From Promethearchaeota archaeon (GTDB lineage Archaea; Asgardarchaeota; Lokiarchaeia; Sigyniarchaeales; Promethearchaeaceae), in the NCBI GenBank assembly GCA_016933055.1, contig JAFGBS010000027.1, positions 90,001-122,000 of the forward strand: DNA of 32,000 bases. Reading direction: 5' to 3'. The translations under genes and the position numbers were made by a program. Shown here one piece after another: positions 17,455 through 26,972 of this stretch. Numbering within the stretch: the stretch's first letter is position 1; every line of letters starts with the position of its first letter. The notes under the pieces were generated by a model. That model saw nothing but the letters and a program-made list of their open reading frames with translations. It did no database searches and was not told the origin of the DNA.

Positions 17455-19539
17455 ATGGCACTTGAAAAAAATAAAAAGTCATTAGTGACCTTTATGGCAT
17501 TTCCAGGGCCTAGATTGGGGAGATCTGCGCAATTAGGAGAGGCTCCTGAGAAATACTTAAAGGATTCTATAGAATTTATCAAGAAAACTGGATTTTTTAA
17601 CGCAATTGAAGTGACGAAAATCAAAGATCCAGAAATCCGGGAAAATATGGCTCAATTGTACAAGAAATACAAGTTTTTTGTGACATATTGTGCCCAACCA
17701 GTGCAATTAATAAATGAGGACAATTTAATTGCTGAAACTGACATTAGTTCAATAGATGAACTAGAGAGACGAAATGCAGTTGCTCGATTAATGGAATGCT
17801 TAGATGAAGCATACGAGATCGGAGCGAAACAATTCTGCTTCTTGAGTGGATCCGATCCTGGGACAGAAAATGGATTAACACAAAGACGGTCAGCATTCAA
17901 TGCATTGTTGAAATCTATACGAGAATTATGCGAATATGCATTGGAGATGGATAAACAATATAACCGTAAGCGGCGAATGCTTATAACTTTAGAAACCTTC
18001 GATCGGGAATCCCATCATGAAAATATGAAAGGGCAATTAATTGGACCATCTAATGAGGCTCGTGAACTTGCTGAAATCATAAAAGATGAAGATGAATGGG
18101 AGAATTTTGGTTTGCTTTATGACTTAAGTCATATGTTTCTACTGCGAAATGGTTATGAACACGAAGAAGTAGACTCACTTCGCATGCTTGCACCCTATTT
18201 AAACTGGATTCATATAGCAAATTCGGTTACAGACAAAAATGATCCCCTTTATGGTGATACACATGTCAGTATGGATTATCCCAATGGCGCCGTTACTCCC
18301 GAAATACTTGCAGATTTTATTAAAACTCTTAATGAAGTTAATTTCCAAGGTGGAGTAGGTTTTGAGATCATGCCACATGGTCGACAATTGAGTGAATCTG
18401 TTGTGAATATTGCTATTGCTGCTTATCAAGAAGCCGCTCAACAAATAGACGTAAATTATGCTCTGGGTGGATTTCGATTTAAAACTCGACGATTTTTACC
18501 CGAAAAGGTTTTCTTCAAAATATCTGAAGCTAAAATTAAACGTCCTTCCATTATAATGGAAGAATATGAGAATAGAAAACAAAGGAACAGACCATATGAT
18601 GCTAATCTTTTATTGATTGCAGCAGATCACCCCGCTAGATATGTCACCAATGTAGGTGATGATCCGTACTTGATGGGAGATCGCCAGCAATACATTGGTA
18701 GAATAGTTCGATGTTTAGTGGATAATTGCGTTGATGGTATAATGACTACACCCGATTTAATGGATGACCTTATGGTTTTAAATCGTCTGTTTAAGGAAGC
18801 AGGGGGAAATAGCTTCATAGACAATAAAATCTTGATTGGATGTACTAATCGTGGAGGCCTTAGAGGATCAATGTATGAAATGGATGATAGAATTACTGCG
18901 TACAAGGTGGATGAAATTGTTGAGCGCCGATTGGATGGTGCAAAGATGATGTTTAGGATAGACTTGGATACAGCTCAAGCAAGGTATTCGCAACAGACTA
19001 TTGAACGAGTTGCTGATATGGTCAGGAAATGTCAGGATTATAAAATTGAAGCATACATTGAACCTTTACCCGTTCGTCAAACACGAGATGGATACGTCAT
19101 AAAAATGGATTATGGTGAACTGATTAAGACAATTGGGGTTGCTACGGCTCTTGGTGGTACAAGCGAACGAACATGGTTAAAAATCCCATATGTGGATAAT
19201 TTTGAGATGGTTGCACGTTCAACAAGTAATCCGATTCTGTTATTAGGTGGAGCATCAACTGGCAAACCTACAGATATAATAGAAAATTTCGAGAAAGGTA
19301 TAGGGGCTGGTCCAAATGTGCGCGGATGTATGGTTGGTCGCAATTTACTCTATCCTGGGTATGATGATCCATTAGCAGTTCTAATGGGGGTGTCAAAAAT
19401 TGTCCATGATCAAGAAACCGCAGAAAATGCAGTAAAGTTCTTAGCTGAAAATCGGGGAAAAAATATGGATTATTTTTCTATTTTAATGCGAAGTAGAAAA
19501 ATGCCCAAAGTAAAGGAAATATCAAAATCAGAAATATAA
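17455..19539 (+). CDS. Fusion of an N-terminal xylose-isomerase-like (AP_endonuc_2) TIM barrel and a C-terminal Cgl0159-like class I aldolase
   Basis: N-half: 'FMAFP', 'AIEVT', 'LETFD', 'YDLSH', 'HIAN', 'YGDTH', 'FEI'. C-half: 'LIAADHPAR...VGDDP..MGDR', 'NRGGLRG..EMDDR', 'DGAKMMFRID', 'IEP', 'WLKIPY', 'LLLGGA', 'VGRNLLYP'. Start placed at ATG 17455. Confidence 0.8.
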   Translation: MALEKNKKSLVTFMAFPGPRLGRSAQLGEAPEKYLKDSIEFIKKTGFFNAIEVTKIKDPEIRENMAQLYKKYKFFVTYCAQPVQLINEDNLIAETDISSIDELERRNAVARLMECLDEAYEIGAKQFCFLSGSDPGTENGLTQRRSAFNALLKSIRELCEYALEMDKQYNRKRRMLITLETFDRESHHENMKGQLIGPSNEARELAEIIKDEDEWENFGLLYDLSHMFLLRNGYEHEEVDSLRMLAPYLNWIHIANSVTDKNDPLYGDTHVSMDYPNGAVTPEILADFIKTLNEVNFQGGVGFEIMPHGRQLSESVVNIAIAAYQEAAQQIDVNYALGGFRFKTRRFLPEKVFFKISEAKIKRPSIIMEEYENRKQRNRPYDANLLLIAADHPARYVTNVGDDPYLMGDRQQYIGRIVRCLVDNCVDGIMTTPDLMDDLMVLNRLFKEAGGNSFIDNKILIGCTNRGGLRGSMYEMDDRITAYKVDEIVERRLDGAKMMFRIDLDTAQARYSQQTIERVADMVRKCQDYKIEAYIEPLPVRQTRDGYVIKMDYGELIKTIGVATALGGTSERTWLKIPYVDNFEMVARSTSNPILLLGGASTGKPTDIIENFEKGIGAGPNVRGCMVGRNLLYPGYDDPLAVLMGVSKIVHDQETAENAVKFLAENRGKNMDYFSILMRSRKMPKVKEISKSEI

Positions 19540-19755
19540 TTTTTTTTTGTTTAACTTTTTATATTCGGTTTCATAGAATTTTTTGAAATCTACGTTCTCA
19601 GCAGCTGTATCCAATGGTATTGCAAATCTTACGACACTTTCTTTTTTTAAATATTGCCTAAATCGTGTTGAATTAAATCCTTTCAATGAAGATTCAGTAA
19701 TCGTTTCAAAATTAATTTTTATATCTGAACTTTCATATTCAGTGTAATTATTCAC
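19528..19755 (-). CDS. Small hypothetical protein (uncertain)
   Basis: 75-aa GTG-start ORF with a 12-nt tail-to-tail overlap with the upstream fusion gene; no motif. Confidence 0.35.
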   Translation of the reverse strand: MNNYTEYESSDIKINFETITESSLKGFNSTRFRQYLKKESVVRFAIPLDTAAENVDFKKFYETEYKKLNKKKLYF

Positions 19756-20073
19756 AAATCCCTATTCAAAAAACGTATTGATCTTGCATTTTTTATTTTA
19801 TAATCATAAAACATAACAGCAAGTCCATTAGATGATAGCTTCTCATCGGTTCATTCATGAGATTGCATCAATAGATATTTTCATTTGGTTACGGCGAAAT
19901 TTCGAGTGAAATCACAGCTCCAGGAGGATTTCCAAAGAGAGAATCAAATGTACTTACCCAATTTCCAATTAAGCATTATCATGATGATAATTCGTCTCCT
20001 TCACTCATTCATGACAATAAGAGAGTCAAAAATAAAAAAGAAATTGAAATTATGAATAACAAGATTGGTTATT

Positions 20074-20628
20074 TTATGAGTAAATTTCTATAGCGGTAAG
20101 TGAACGATTGTAATCCATTAGTGGAGTTGTGAACAAGAAATAGTTAGTCCCTGAAGGATCTTGTATCGAACGCCAAGCTACATAGACTCTGTAGGTTCCT
20201 TTTGACAGTGATCCTGTGATATAATGCATGGAAAATGAAGAACAAATTTCCCTTGCAGAACTAACTCCTGCCATATCCAAATATTTCACATAAACGGTGC
20301 TATTTCCTACATTTTCCACACAAAGAGCAATTTCATATTTTACACCTGATATACCCAGCGAGCTAGATACTCCAATCGAATAGCTTGATGAAAATGTAGC
20401 AGATATTCTTGAATTTTTCTTTATAGTTATATTCAATTCTGTATCTGGAACTTGGGACCAAGTTAGATCGGAATCTAGAAGTTGTGCTGTAGAGTCAAAT
20501 TCTTCATATTCACAAGCTGGAGATATGAATTTTGGAATCAATAAATACCCTACTCCTCCAGCTATTGCTACACTTAGAATAATACTTGCTATGAATGCGC
20601 CTGCAATGGCGCCTCCTCCTTTTGCCAT
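20074..20628 (-). CDS. Membrane-anchored hypothetical protein (N-terminal TM helix + beta-rich extracellular domain)
   Basis: N-terminal 'AIAGAFIASIILSVAIAGGVGYLLIP', followed by a Ser/Thr-rich alternating beta-strand pattern. Confidence 0.75.
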   Translation of the reverse strand: MAKGGGAIAGAFIASIILSVAIAGGVGYLLIPKFISPACEYEEFDSTAQLLDSDLTWSQVPDTELNITIKKNSRISATFSSSYSIGVSSSLGISGVKYEIALCVENVGNSTVYVKYLDMAGVSSAREICSSFSMHYITGSLSKGTYRVYVAWRSIQDPSGTNYFLFTTPLMDYNRSLTAIEIYS

Positions 20629-20918
20629 TTTTTTTTTACCTCTAATACTCTTATAATTTTAGGACGAGTCAGAAACATCATAAAAATTTCAATATATAAT
20701 TGTATGTAGTAAAGGAACTACTCTAAATTGGGGTATTAACATGGGATCTTTTTTATAATAGATATGAAAGTTCAAAGAAAATCCAAAAAACGAGAGGTGC
20801 ATGTTTAGTACGGCACTTACAAGACTTACTAAAACATTTGCAGATTTTTCTCATGACAAATTTCATTGATCCATCATCCACCAAAATTTTATTTTTAATC
20901 ATTTATTATGCTTGGATA

Positions 20919-22232
20919 ATGCCAAAAGATAAAGAAACGAAACAACGTGAAAAAGCGCAAAAAGTTCTTGACCGAGCAGAAATTTTATTTGACCGGCAAG
21001 AATTTACCCGTAGCTACAAAGAATTCACCCGCGCTGGGAACCTATATCTTGACCTAGAGGAATATCGAGTAGCAGAACAATGCTTTCTATATTCCTCAAA
21101 AGCCTTAGTTCATGAAACCAGATACTACGATGCGTTTGAATCACTACGTTCTGCTGCCCAAGCATGCATTCAGCTTGAGGATTATCAAAAAGCAGTGGAA
21201 TATTATGACGTCGCTGCAAAAAATGTGTTACGCTCCTCCCGAAAAGATGTGGAATCAAAATCGATTCTAGCGGCATGTTTCGGTTTTCTTTGTCAATTTA
21301 TTACGGGTCAGCATGAAAAAGGGTTGGGGTTCATCAAACGAATTAAAATGTATGTGGATATTAAAGAATTCACGGAACACAAACTTATTCGTTTGGTTAA
21401 GGGTATAACTCTTGCCATTGTAAATAAAGACTCAAAGGCACTAAATTTACTCAAAAAAGAATTTCAGCGTAGTAAGTACGATCCGGCAGAGACTAAATTG
21501 ATAAAAGATGCTTTTATCGTCGCAACCACTTATCTATTACTTGAAGCAACTATTAACTTGGAAAGAACAGAAATCATTAATGAGGAAATGCTGAATTTCA
21601 CTTTGGATATTAATTTAAAACCTCTTCACAATATGAGAACGGATTCTGTATTAAATTATGATTTTCAGAAAGTGACAATTGAGGAGATGACTGTTCATTT
21701 AAGTGATAATCTCGCGTTAACGAAAAAACCCAATTTTCCGATTGAAATTTCAAAGGAAAATTACAATCTTCATTTTTCCGCACGATCGAATTTTCCAGGG
21801 GAGGGATCGGTAGGACCATTAAATTTTAAGTTGGATTTGGATGACAAATTTGAGTTAAATTTAAAAACAGACATGCAAAAAATGTTAGTGAAATCTCCAC
21901 CGGCACAATTAGGTATCAATTTAACACCTTTAGTGAATCCAATTATTAATCAGACCTTTCCATTGGAAGTGAGAGTATCTAATCCTAGCGAAGCGGATAT
22001 AGTAAATATAACCGTAGAATTCGAATTTCCAATAAATTTACGACTTATGCGTGGAACTAGCTCAAAAAAAATCTATCAACTCATCCGAAATGAAGATTTT
22101 AAATATCAAATTGCTCTTAAACCGCTAGAACCCGGAATACATAATATCAAAGCGATTGTATCATTTCAAGACGCAGATGGAAATGAGATTGGACCAAACG
22201 AAAAGTTACTTCCATTGGAAATTAACCTATAG
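20919..22232 (+). CDS. Cytosolic protein with an N-terminal SNAP/TPR-like alpha-solenoid and two C-terminal Ig-like beta-sandwich domains
   Basis: Helical repeats 'EFTRAGNLYLDLEEYRVAEQCF...AAQACIQLEDYQKAVEYYDVAA'. C-terminal 'FPLEVRVSNP...KYQIALKPLEPGIHNIKAIVSFQD'. No signal peptide from ATG 20919. Confidence 0.7.
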   Translation: MPKDKETKQREKAQKVLDRAEILFDRQEFTRSYKEFTRAGNLYLDLEEYRVAEQCFLYSSKALVHETRYYDAFESLRSAAQACIQLEDYQKAVEYYDVAAKNVLRSSRKDVESKSILAACFGFLCQFITGQHEKGLGFIKRIKMYVDIKEFTEHKLIRLVKGITLAIVNKDSKALNLLKKEFQRSKYDPAETKLIKDAFIVATTYLLLEATINLERTEIINEEMLNFTLDINLKPLHNMRTDSVLNYDFQKVTIEEMTVHLSDNLALTKKPNFPIEISKENYNLHFSARSNFPGEGSVGPLNFKLDLDDKFELNLKTDMQKMLVKSPPAQLGINLTPLVNPIINQTFPLEVRVSNPSEADIVNITVEFEFPINLRLMRGTSSKKIYQLIRNEDFKYQIALKPLEPGIHNIKAIVSFQDADGNEIGPNEKLLPLEINL

Positions 22233-22288
22233 TTTTCTATTCTAGATATATATTTAGATTCTTCTTTCTCATTTTACCTAGAATAGTT

Positions 22289-23824
22289 ATGATCTTTTCA
22301 TGTAAAAGACTTGGACTCAGCAGTGATGCTCGTGTTATCATTATTGATGATGATGATGCATTTATCATTAATGCGAAACCAGGTGATAGGGTAAAATTAC
22401 TCCATATCAAACCAAATGGGGAGGAGGGTAAAGAAACCGTCGCAATAATAAATACAGCGACAGGTACAGGTGTCATTAAACCAGGGGAAGTTGGATTATA
22501 TGATGAAATCTGGGAAACCTTACATTTATCTCCAAAGGATAGAAAAGTCGACATCCAATTACTCTCAAAACCCAGGTCGTTCGAAGCAATCAAACGAAAA
22601 GTTAAGGGAAAGGAATTGACTACGGAGGAGATTCATGATATTATAAGCGATGCAACAGATGGAGCCCTCTTACCTATTGAACTGGCAGCATTTGTGATAG
22701 GACTGGAAATCCAAGGTGCAAGTGATCGTGAAGTTGTGGACTTTGCAAATGCCATGGCCAGATCTGGAGAAATTTTAGATCTGGGCGAAGATGTATTCGA
22801 TAAACATTCAACAGGTGGTGTACCTGGAAATAAAGTTTCACTCATTATTGTACCGATAATTGCCGCAGCTGGTTTACTCATACCTAAAACTTCCACTCGA
22901 GCAATTACCTCTCCTTCAGGTACTGCAGATTCTATGGAAGTTCTAGCAAACGTCGCTTTTGGTAAAGATGAAGTTCTTAAAATCTTGAAAGAAAACAATG
23001 CGGGGATATTTTGGGGTAGTTCAGTAGGAACACTGGCTCCTGCGGATGACGCATTAATAAAAATAGAAAAACCGCTCAATTCCGATCCATTTCCTCTGAT
23101 GATCGCGTCCATTATTTCCAAAAAAATGTGTATGGGTGTTAAAAAAATGGTTTTAGACATCCCGTGTGGTAAAGGAACAAAATTTACTACGATTGATGAT
23201 GGCCGCAAATTTGCGATACGTTTCAAAGATATCGCACAAAAAATTGGGATTGAAGCAATCTGTTTACTTACATCTGCCTCCCAACCGATAGGTCATGCGG
23301 TAGGTCCTGCAATAGAAGCACGAGAAGCCATGTATTTACTGCAAAATCCCGAAAAAGGCTCAACAAGCTTAAGAAACAAATCCACGGAACTTGCCGGATA
23401 CTTATTAGAAATGGGAGGAAAAGCCCCCGAAGGAAAGGGTCAAGAACTCGCTATTGAAATTCTTAATTCTGGTAAAGCATTAAAGAAAATGCGGGGAATT
23501 ATAAGTGCTCAAGGCGGGAATCCTGATGTTTCATGGGAAGAAATAAAAATAGGACCTCATGTTGCGGAAATGAAAGCATCCAAATCTGGTTTTATTACAG
23601 AAATTGATAACTATCATATTAATCAAATCGCAAAAATTGCGGGATGTCCCGCAGCTAAGAAATCTGGGGTGGATGTGATTTTTAAAAGAGGTTCTCGTGT
23701 GAAAAAAGGTGATGTGATATTTAAAATCTACTCGGATAGTGAAGAACGCCTCAAGCAAGCAGTAAAATACTACAATCAGCATCCTCCGCAACGGTTTAGC
23801 GGTATGACTATCGAGAAAATTTAA
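22289..23824 (+). CDS. deoA: AMP phosphorylase (archaeal thymidine phosphorylase family)
   Basis: 'DKHSTGGVPGNK', 'PKTSTRAITSPSGTADSMEVLA', 'LAPADD..I.IE.PL', 'ASIISKK', 'QPIGHAVGPAIEARE', plus the archaeal N-terminal extension domain. Confidence 0.93.
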   Translation: MIFSCKRLGLSSDARVIIIDDDDAFIINAKPGDRVKLLHIKPNGEEGKETVAIINTATGTGVIKPGEVGLYDEIWETLHLSPKDRKVDIQLLSKPRSFEAIKRKVKGKELTTEEIHDIISDATDGALLPIELAAFVIGLEIQGASDREVVDFANAMARSGEILDLGEDVFDKHSTGGVPGNKVSLIIVPIIAAAGLLIPKTSTRAITSPSGTADSMEVLANVAFGKDEVLKILKENNAGIFWGSSVGTLAPADDALIKIEKPLNSDPFPLMIASIISKKMCMGVKKMVLDIPCGKGTKFTTIDDGRKFAIRFKDIAQKIGIEAICLLTSASQPIGHAVGPAIEAREAMYLLQNPEKGSTSLRNKSTELAGYLLEMGGKAPEGKGQELAIEILNSGKALKKMRGIISAQGGNPDVSWEEIKIGPHVAEMKASKSGFITEIDNYHINQIAKIAGCPAAKKSGVDVIFKRGSRVKKGDVIFKIYSDSEERLKQAVKYYNQHPPQRFSGMTIEKI

Positions 23825-25075
23825 TCAAAATTGTATTCTTTCTCTCATTTTTCTTAAAAACCATTCAACACTATATCTATAATCAATTTTTCTCCAAAAA
23901 TAGAGAATGACGTACCAAATGAAACTAGTTAAGAGTAGGAAGCCCGTCCATATAAAGAACTCCTCGGAAATAGGTTTAAAATATAGGTTTTGTAGAATTC
24001 GAAATAAAATTATTGAGGCAAAAGACTCGAAAATATAGATTGTGAGTGATGTCGAGCTAAACATCTGAAAAAACCGTACAATTCCTGGATTTCTGTCTTG
24101 CCCCTTATTCTGGTAGTTTTTAAAGATCAAATAAAATATTGCAATAAATAGAATTTGTGAACCTAAATTAAGTAGATGGAGTGGTAATGGCACATAGGTA
24201 CTCGTGTATCCGGCCATCATATCAAAACCGAGGAACAAAATAATTATATATGCAACTATACACGAAATCCCAACTAAAAATAAAATTAAAAATGCAGATC
24301 TTTCAAAACCGTCTTTATTAAGATTATACCCGATGAAAGCTCCACAAAAACCGAAGACAATAAGTGGAAATAAGCTAAATCTATTATGAGTTAATTTCAA
24401 CAGAAAAATTAGCAGAAAAAGTTGATTATTATCATATAAATTATTAAAAAATTGGTTGGGATTTTCAATCCAAATATCCAAAAAAACGGAAACTGCTATG
24501 GTAACTAGCAAAGCAATTCCAAAACACCCATAAAATCTACTTTTTTGTTTCTCTTTCCTCTGATATACAAAATATCCAAGCAACGAAAGAAAAATAATAA
24601 TTACCCCTATTGATTCTAACATTCCTGTTGTCGAATAATGCATTATGTTTAGAGATGAAAATTTCCACTGTTCTAACGTACCAGTCAATAAAGAATACGT
24701 TGCTTCTCCAGGATGTTCAGTACTCTTTGGTGATAAAAAACTTAACCAGATATAATGAATGATTATTAAGAGAAAACCCGATATTCCACGTTGTAAAAAA
24801 TATCGACCAGCTCGAAAATCTTTCCTAGATAAATAGTCCTGTTGGGTTCGAAACACAAACACAATTCCCGAAAGAACGCAAAAAAAACTCCCCCACAGTG
24901 AGAAAAACACAAAAGGTGTGGCTATAATTCGTACTATTATCGGACTTGTGGTCATAATTTCTTCAAATAAGGGTTTGTATTGATTTACCACCCGATATAA
25001 AAATGCATGAAGAATTATCATATATAGGATTGCTAGACCGCGAGAAAAATCGATGAATACTAATCTTTTTCCCAT
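23825..25075 (-). CDS. Multi-pass membrane protein, DUF1624 / heparan-alpha-glucosaminide N-acetyltransferase-like
   Basis: 'RLVFIDFSRGLAILYMIILH', 'FCVLSG', 'GMLESIG', 'FSLFP', 'SLTIYIFE', and about 10 hydrophobic segments. Start placed at ATG 25075 (GTG 25084 is also possible). Confidence 0.75.
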   Translation of the reverse strand: MGKRLVFIDFSRGLAILYMIILHAFLYRVVNQYKPLFEEIMTTSPIIVRIIATPFVFFSLWGSFFCVLSGIVFVFRTQQDYLSRKDFRAGRYFLQRGISGFLLIIIHYIWLSFLSPKSTEHPGEATYSLLTGTLEQWKFSSLNIMHYSTTGMLESIGVIIIFLSLLGYFVYQRKEKQKSRFYGCFGIALLVTIAVSVFLDIWIENPNQFFNNLYDNNQLFLLIFLLKLTHNRFSLFPLIVFGFCGAFIGYNLNKDGFERSAFLILFLVGISCIVAYIIILFLGFDMMAGYTSTYVPLPLHLLNLGSQILFIAIFYLIFKNYQNKGQDRNPGIVRFFQMFSSTSLTIYIFESFASIILFRILQNLYFKPISEEFFIWTGFLLLTSFIWYVILYFWRKIDYRYSVEWFLRKMRERIQF

Positions 25076-25087
25076 GATTTCCACGGT

Positions 25088-26914
25088 TTATATTGAATTT
25101 TCTGTACTCATTTGTAATTCATATAGATCCACTATTTCATCAACCTTTGAGCAATCATAAATGTCCTTTTCATCTCGCACCCGTTGGAAAACGGGAAATC
25201 TAACAGAATAACCGGAGTCATGCACCTGTCCATTATAAAATTTTCCTACGTCCGCTTTTTGGCTAATGGTTAATTCATCTCCAGCAATCTCGATCACAAT
25301 ACTAGGTTTAAACCAAATATCGGGATTTTCTGTATTGCAAACCACATTTTCAGGGCGGGTCACTGTTTTAATAAATTGGAATGCATTCCAAAAGTATTCA
25401 ATATCCTCATCACTAAATCCTGTCGCAACTCGGGTGAGAAATTCAAATTTCTCATTTTCTTCATTAAATACTGCAACCAAAAGCGTTCCAAATCGATTAG
25501 CACGCCTTCCCTTCCCCATAAGTGCACCAATCGGAACTACATCAATAGTATCTTTCATTTTTCCCGCTTCAAGGGATTTTAATTTTATCCACAAAAATCC
25601 CCGATTACCTGCTTTGTATACAGATTCAGATGGATCGATAGATTTATTCATAGTGCCTTCACAATTCTTTGCTCTAGCTTCTTTGAAGAAATCTACTAAT
25701 TGTTCGGTGGTATTTATGGTGGTTTGAGATACTAAACGAATATTTTTAGTTTCTCTTGTAATTTTTTCTAATAATGAACGACGTTCTAGCATAGATTTAT
25801 CCATTACAACAATTCGTTTTCTATCATCTTCGAGATATAGGAGATCAAATAGAAATAGACAAACGGGAACTTTTTCGATGAACTGTTTAACGTCATATTT
25901 ACGTCTTCGAGTGCTTAAAACTTGGAAGGGTAATAAATTTTCGTATAAAGGGTCCATAGCCACTGTCTCACCTTCTAAAATGGCATTTTCCGCCTGAATA
26001 TTTTCTAGAATTGCTTGCTGGATATCAGGATACTGTTCGGAAATGTTTTTTAATCTCCTAGAAAATAAAGCAACTGAACGCCCTTTTTTATGGATTTGTA
26101 AGCGTTCTCCATCTAATTTATATTCACTTACACATTTTCCTCCTAGCTTATCCAGAATTTGAGTATATTCTAATCGGGAAGCTAGCATCATTCGAATTGG
26201 TAATCCTACTTGAATATGAATAGATTCTAGACCTGATAAACCATTTTCCCGGATGATCTGTCCAATATATCCGAGATCGGGGTAAATATTATAAGTTTTT
26301 TCAATTATTTCTCGGTATTTCTTATCTTGGAGAAATGCAACAGCGAGAGCATCCATAATAGTAGCATCAGAAACTCCAACGCGCATAGATGAATTGAGAA
26401 TACGTATAAGGTATTTTGCCATACTAGGGGAACATCTGGCGAGTAACCAGCGAATTTTGTCATATTTACGACCTAACGACTTTGTCCCGCTAACTGCTGC
26501 TATTTCTGTTAATTTTTCGTAGATGTCTTTAATAGAAAGAGTTTCGTGTTGAATTCCCATGAATGCAGTAATTTGCCCTTGCTTCGTTTTCCCTCCCGCA
26601 AGGCTAGCTGCAGTTTCTCCCAAATCACCGGTTTTTACCATTAATGATTTCACTAGAGATGCATCTGCGGCATAATGGGAAGAAATTGCCTCTAATAATG
26701 TTTTTTCTGCTAACCCAAGTTTAGGTTGTTCAGATATTTCTGAATATAATGTTCCTTGTGTGAGATAAATTATTTTTTCGAGATCACCTTTATCTAAAGT
26801 TTCGGGATTATCACGTATGGAGATAAACAGTTCTGAAAGAATATCCAAGATTTCCAATCGTTTGGATGTGGATGAAATTCTCTCGTAATATTGCACAAGG
26901 GTTTGAAATTCCAT
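25088..26914 (-). CDS. lig: ATP-dependent DNA ligase
   Basis: Adenylation motif 'EYKLDGER', 'LEGE', 'FDLLY', 'EGTMNK', 'WIKLK', and OB-fold 'TGFSDE', 'VRFPVF.RVRDEK'. Confidence 0.97.
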   Translation of the reverse strand: MEFQTLVQYYERISSTSKRLEILDILSELFISIRDNPETLDKGDLEKIIYLTQGTLYSEISEQPKLGLAEKTLLEAISSHYAADASLVKSLMVKTGDLGETAASLAGGKTKQGQITAFMGIQHETLSIKDIYEKLTEIAAVSGTKSLGRKYDKIRWLLARCSPSMAKYLIRILNSSMRVGVSDATIMDALAVAFLQDKKYREIIEKTYNIYPDLGYIGQIIRENGLSGLESIHIQVGLPIRMMLASRLEYTQILDKLGGKCVSEYKLDGERLQIHKKGRSVALFSRRLKNISEQYPDIQQAILENIQAENAILEGETVAMDPLYENLLPFQVLSTRRRKYDVKQFIEKVPVCLFLFDLLYLEDDRKRIVVMDKSMLERRSLLEKITRETKNIRLVSQTTINTTEQLVDFFKEARAKNCEGTMNKSIDPSESVYKAGNRGFLWIKLKSLEAGKMKDTIDVVPIGALMGKGRRANRFGTLLVAVFNEENEKFEFLTRVATGFSDEDIEYFWNAFQFIKTVTRPENVVCNTENPDIWFKPSIVIEIAGDELTISQKADVGKFYNGQVHDSGYSVRFPVFQRVRDEKDIYDCSKVDEIVDLYELQMSTENSI

Positions 26915-26972
26915 AAAATATTCACAGATGGGGAAGTATAAAAAAGATAATTAATTAACTGGTATGAATTTC

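Noticed and set aside
19875-20093. Startless + strand frame containing 'FSFGYGEI', similar to a K+ channel filter
   Set aside because: It lacks the TxGYG threonine and flanking TM helices, and is bounded by stops.
22633-23226. Long antisense ORFs in the track (for example 22633..23226, 25266..25727, 27229..27666, 15332..15610, 18627..18905, 2079..2282)
   Set aside because: They lie wholly within confidently identified genes on the opposite strand and are shadow frames. The 30488, 31191 and 31637 ORFs likewise fall inside the GH35 gene.
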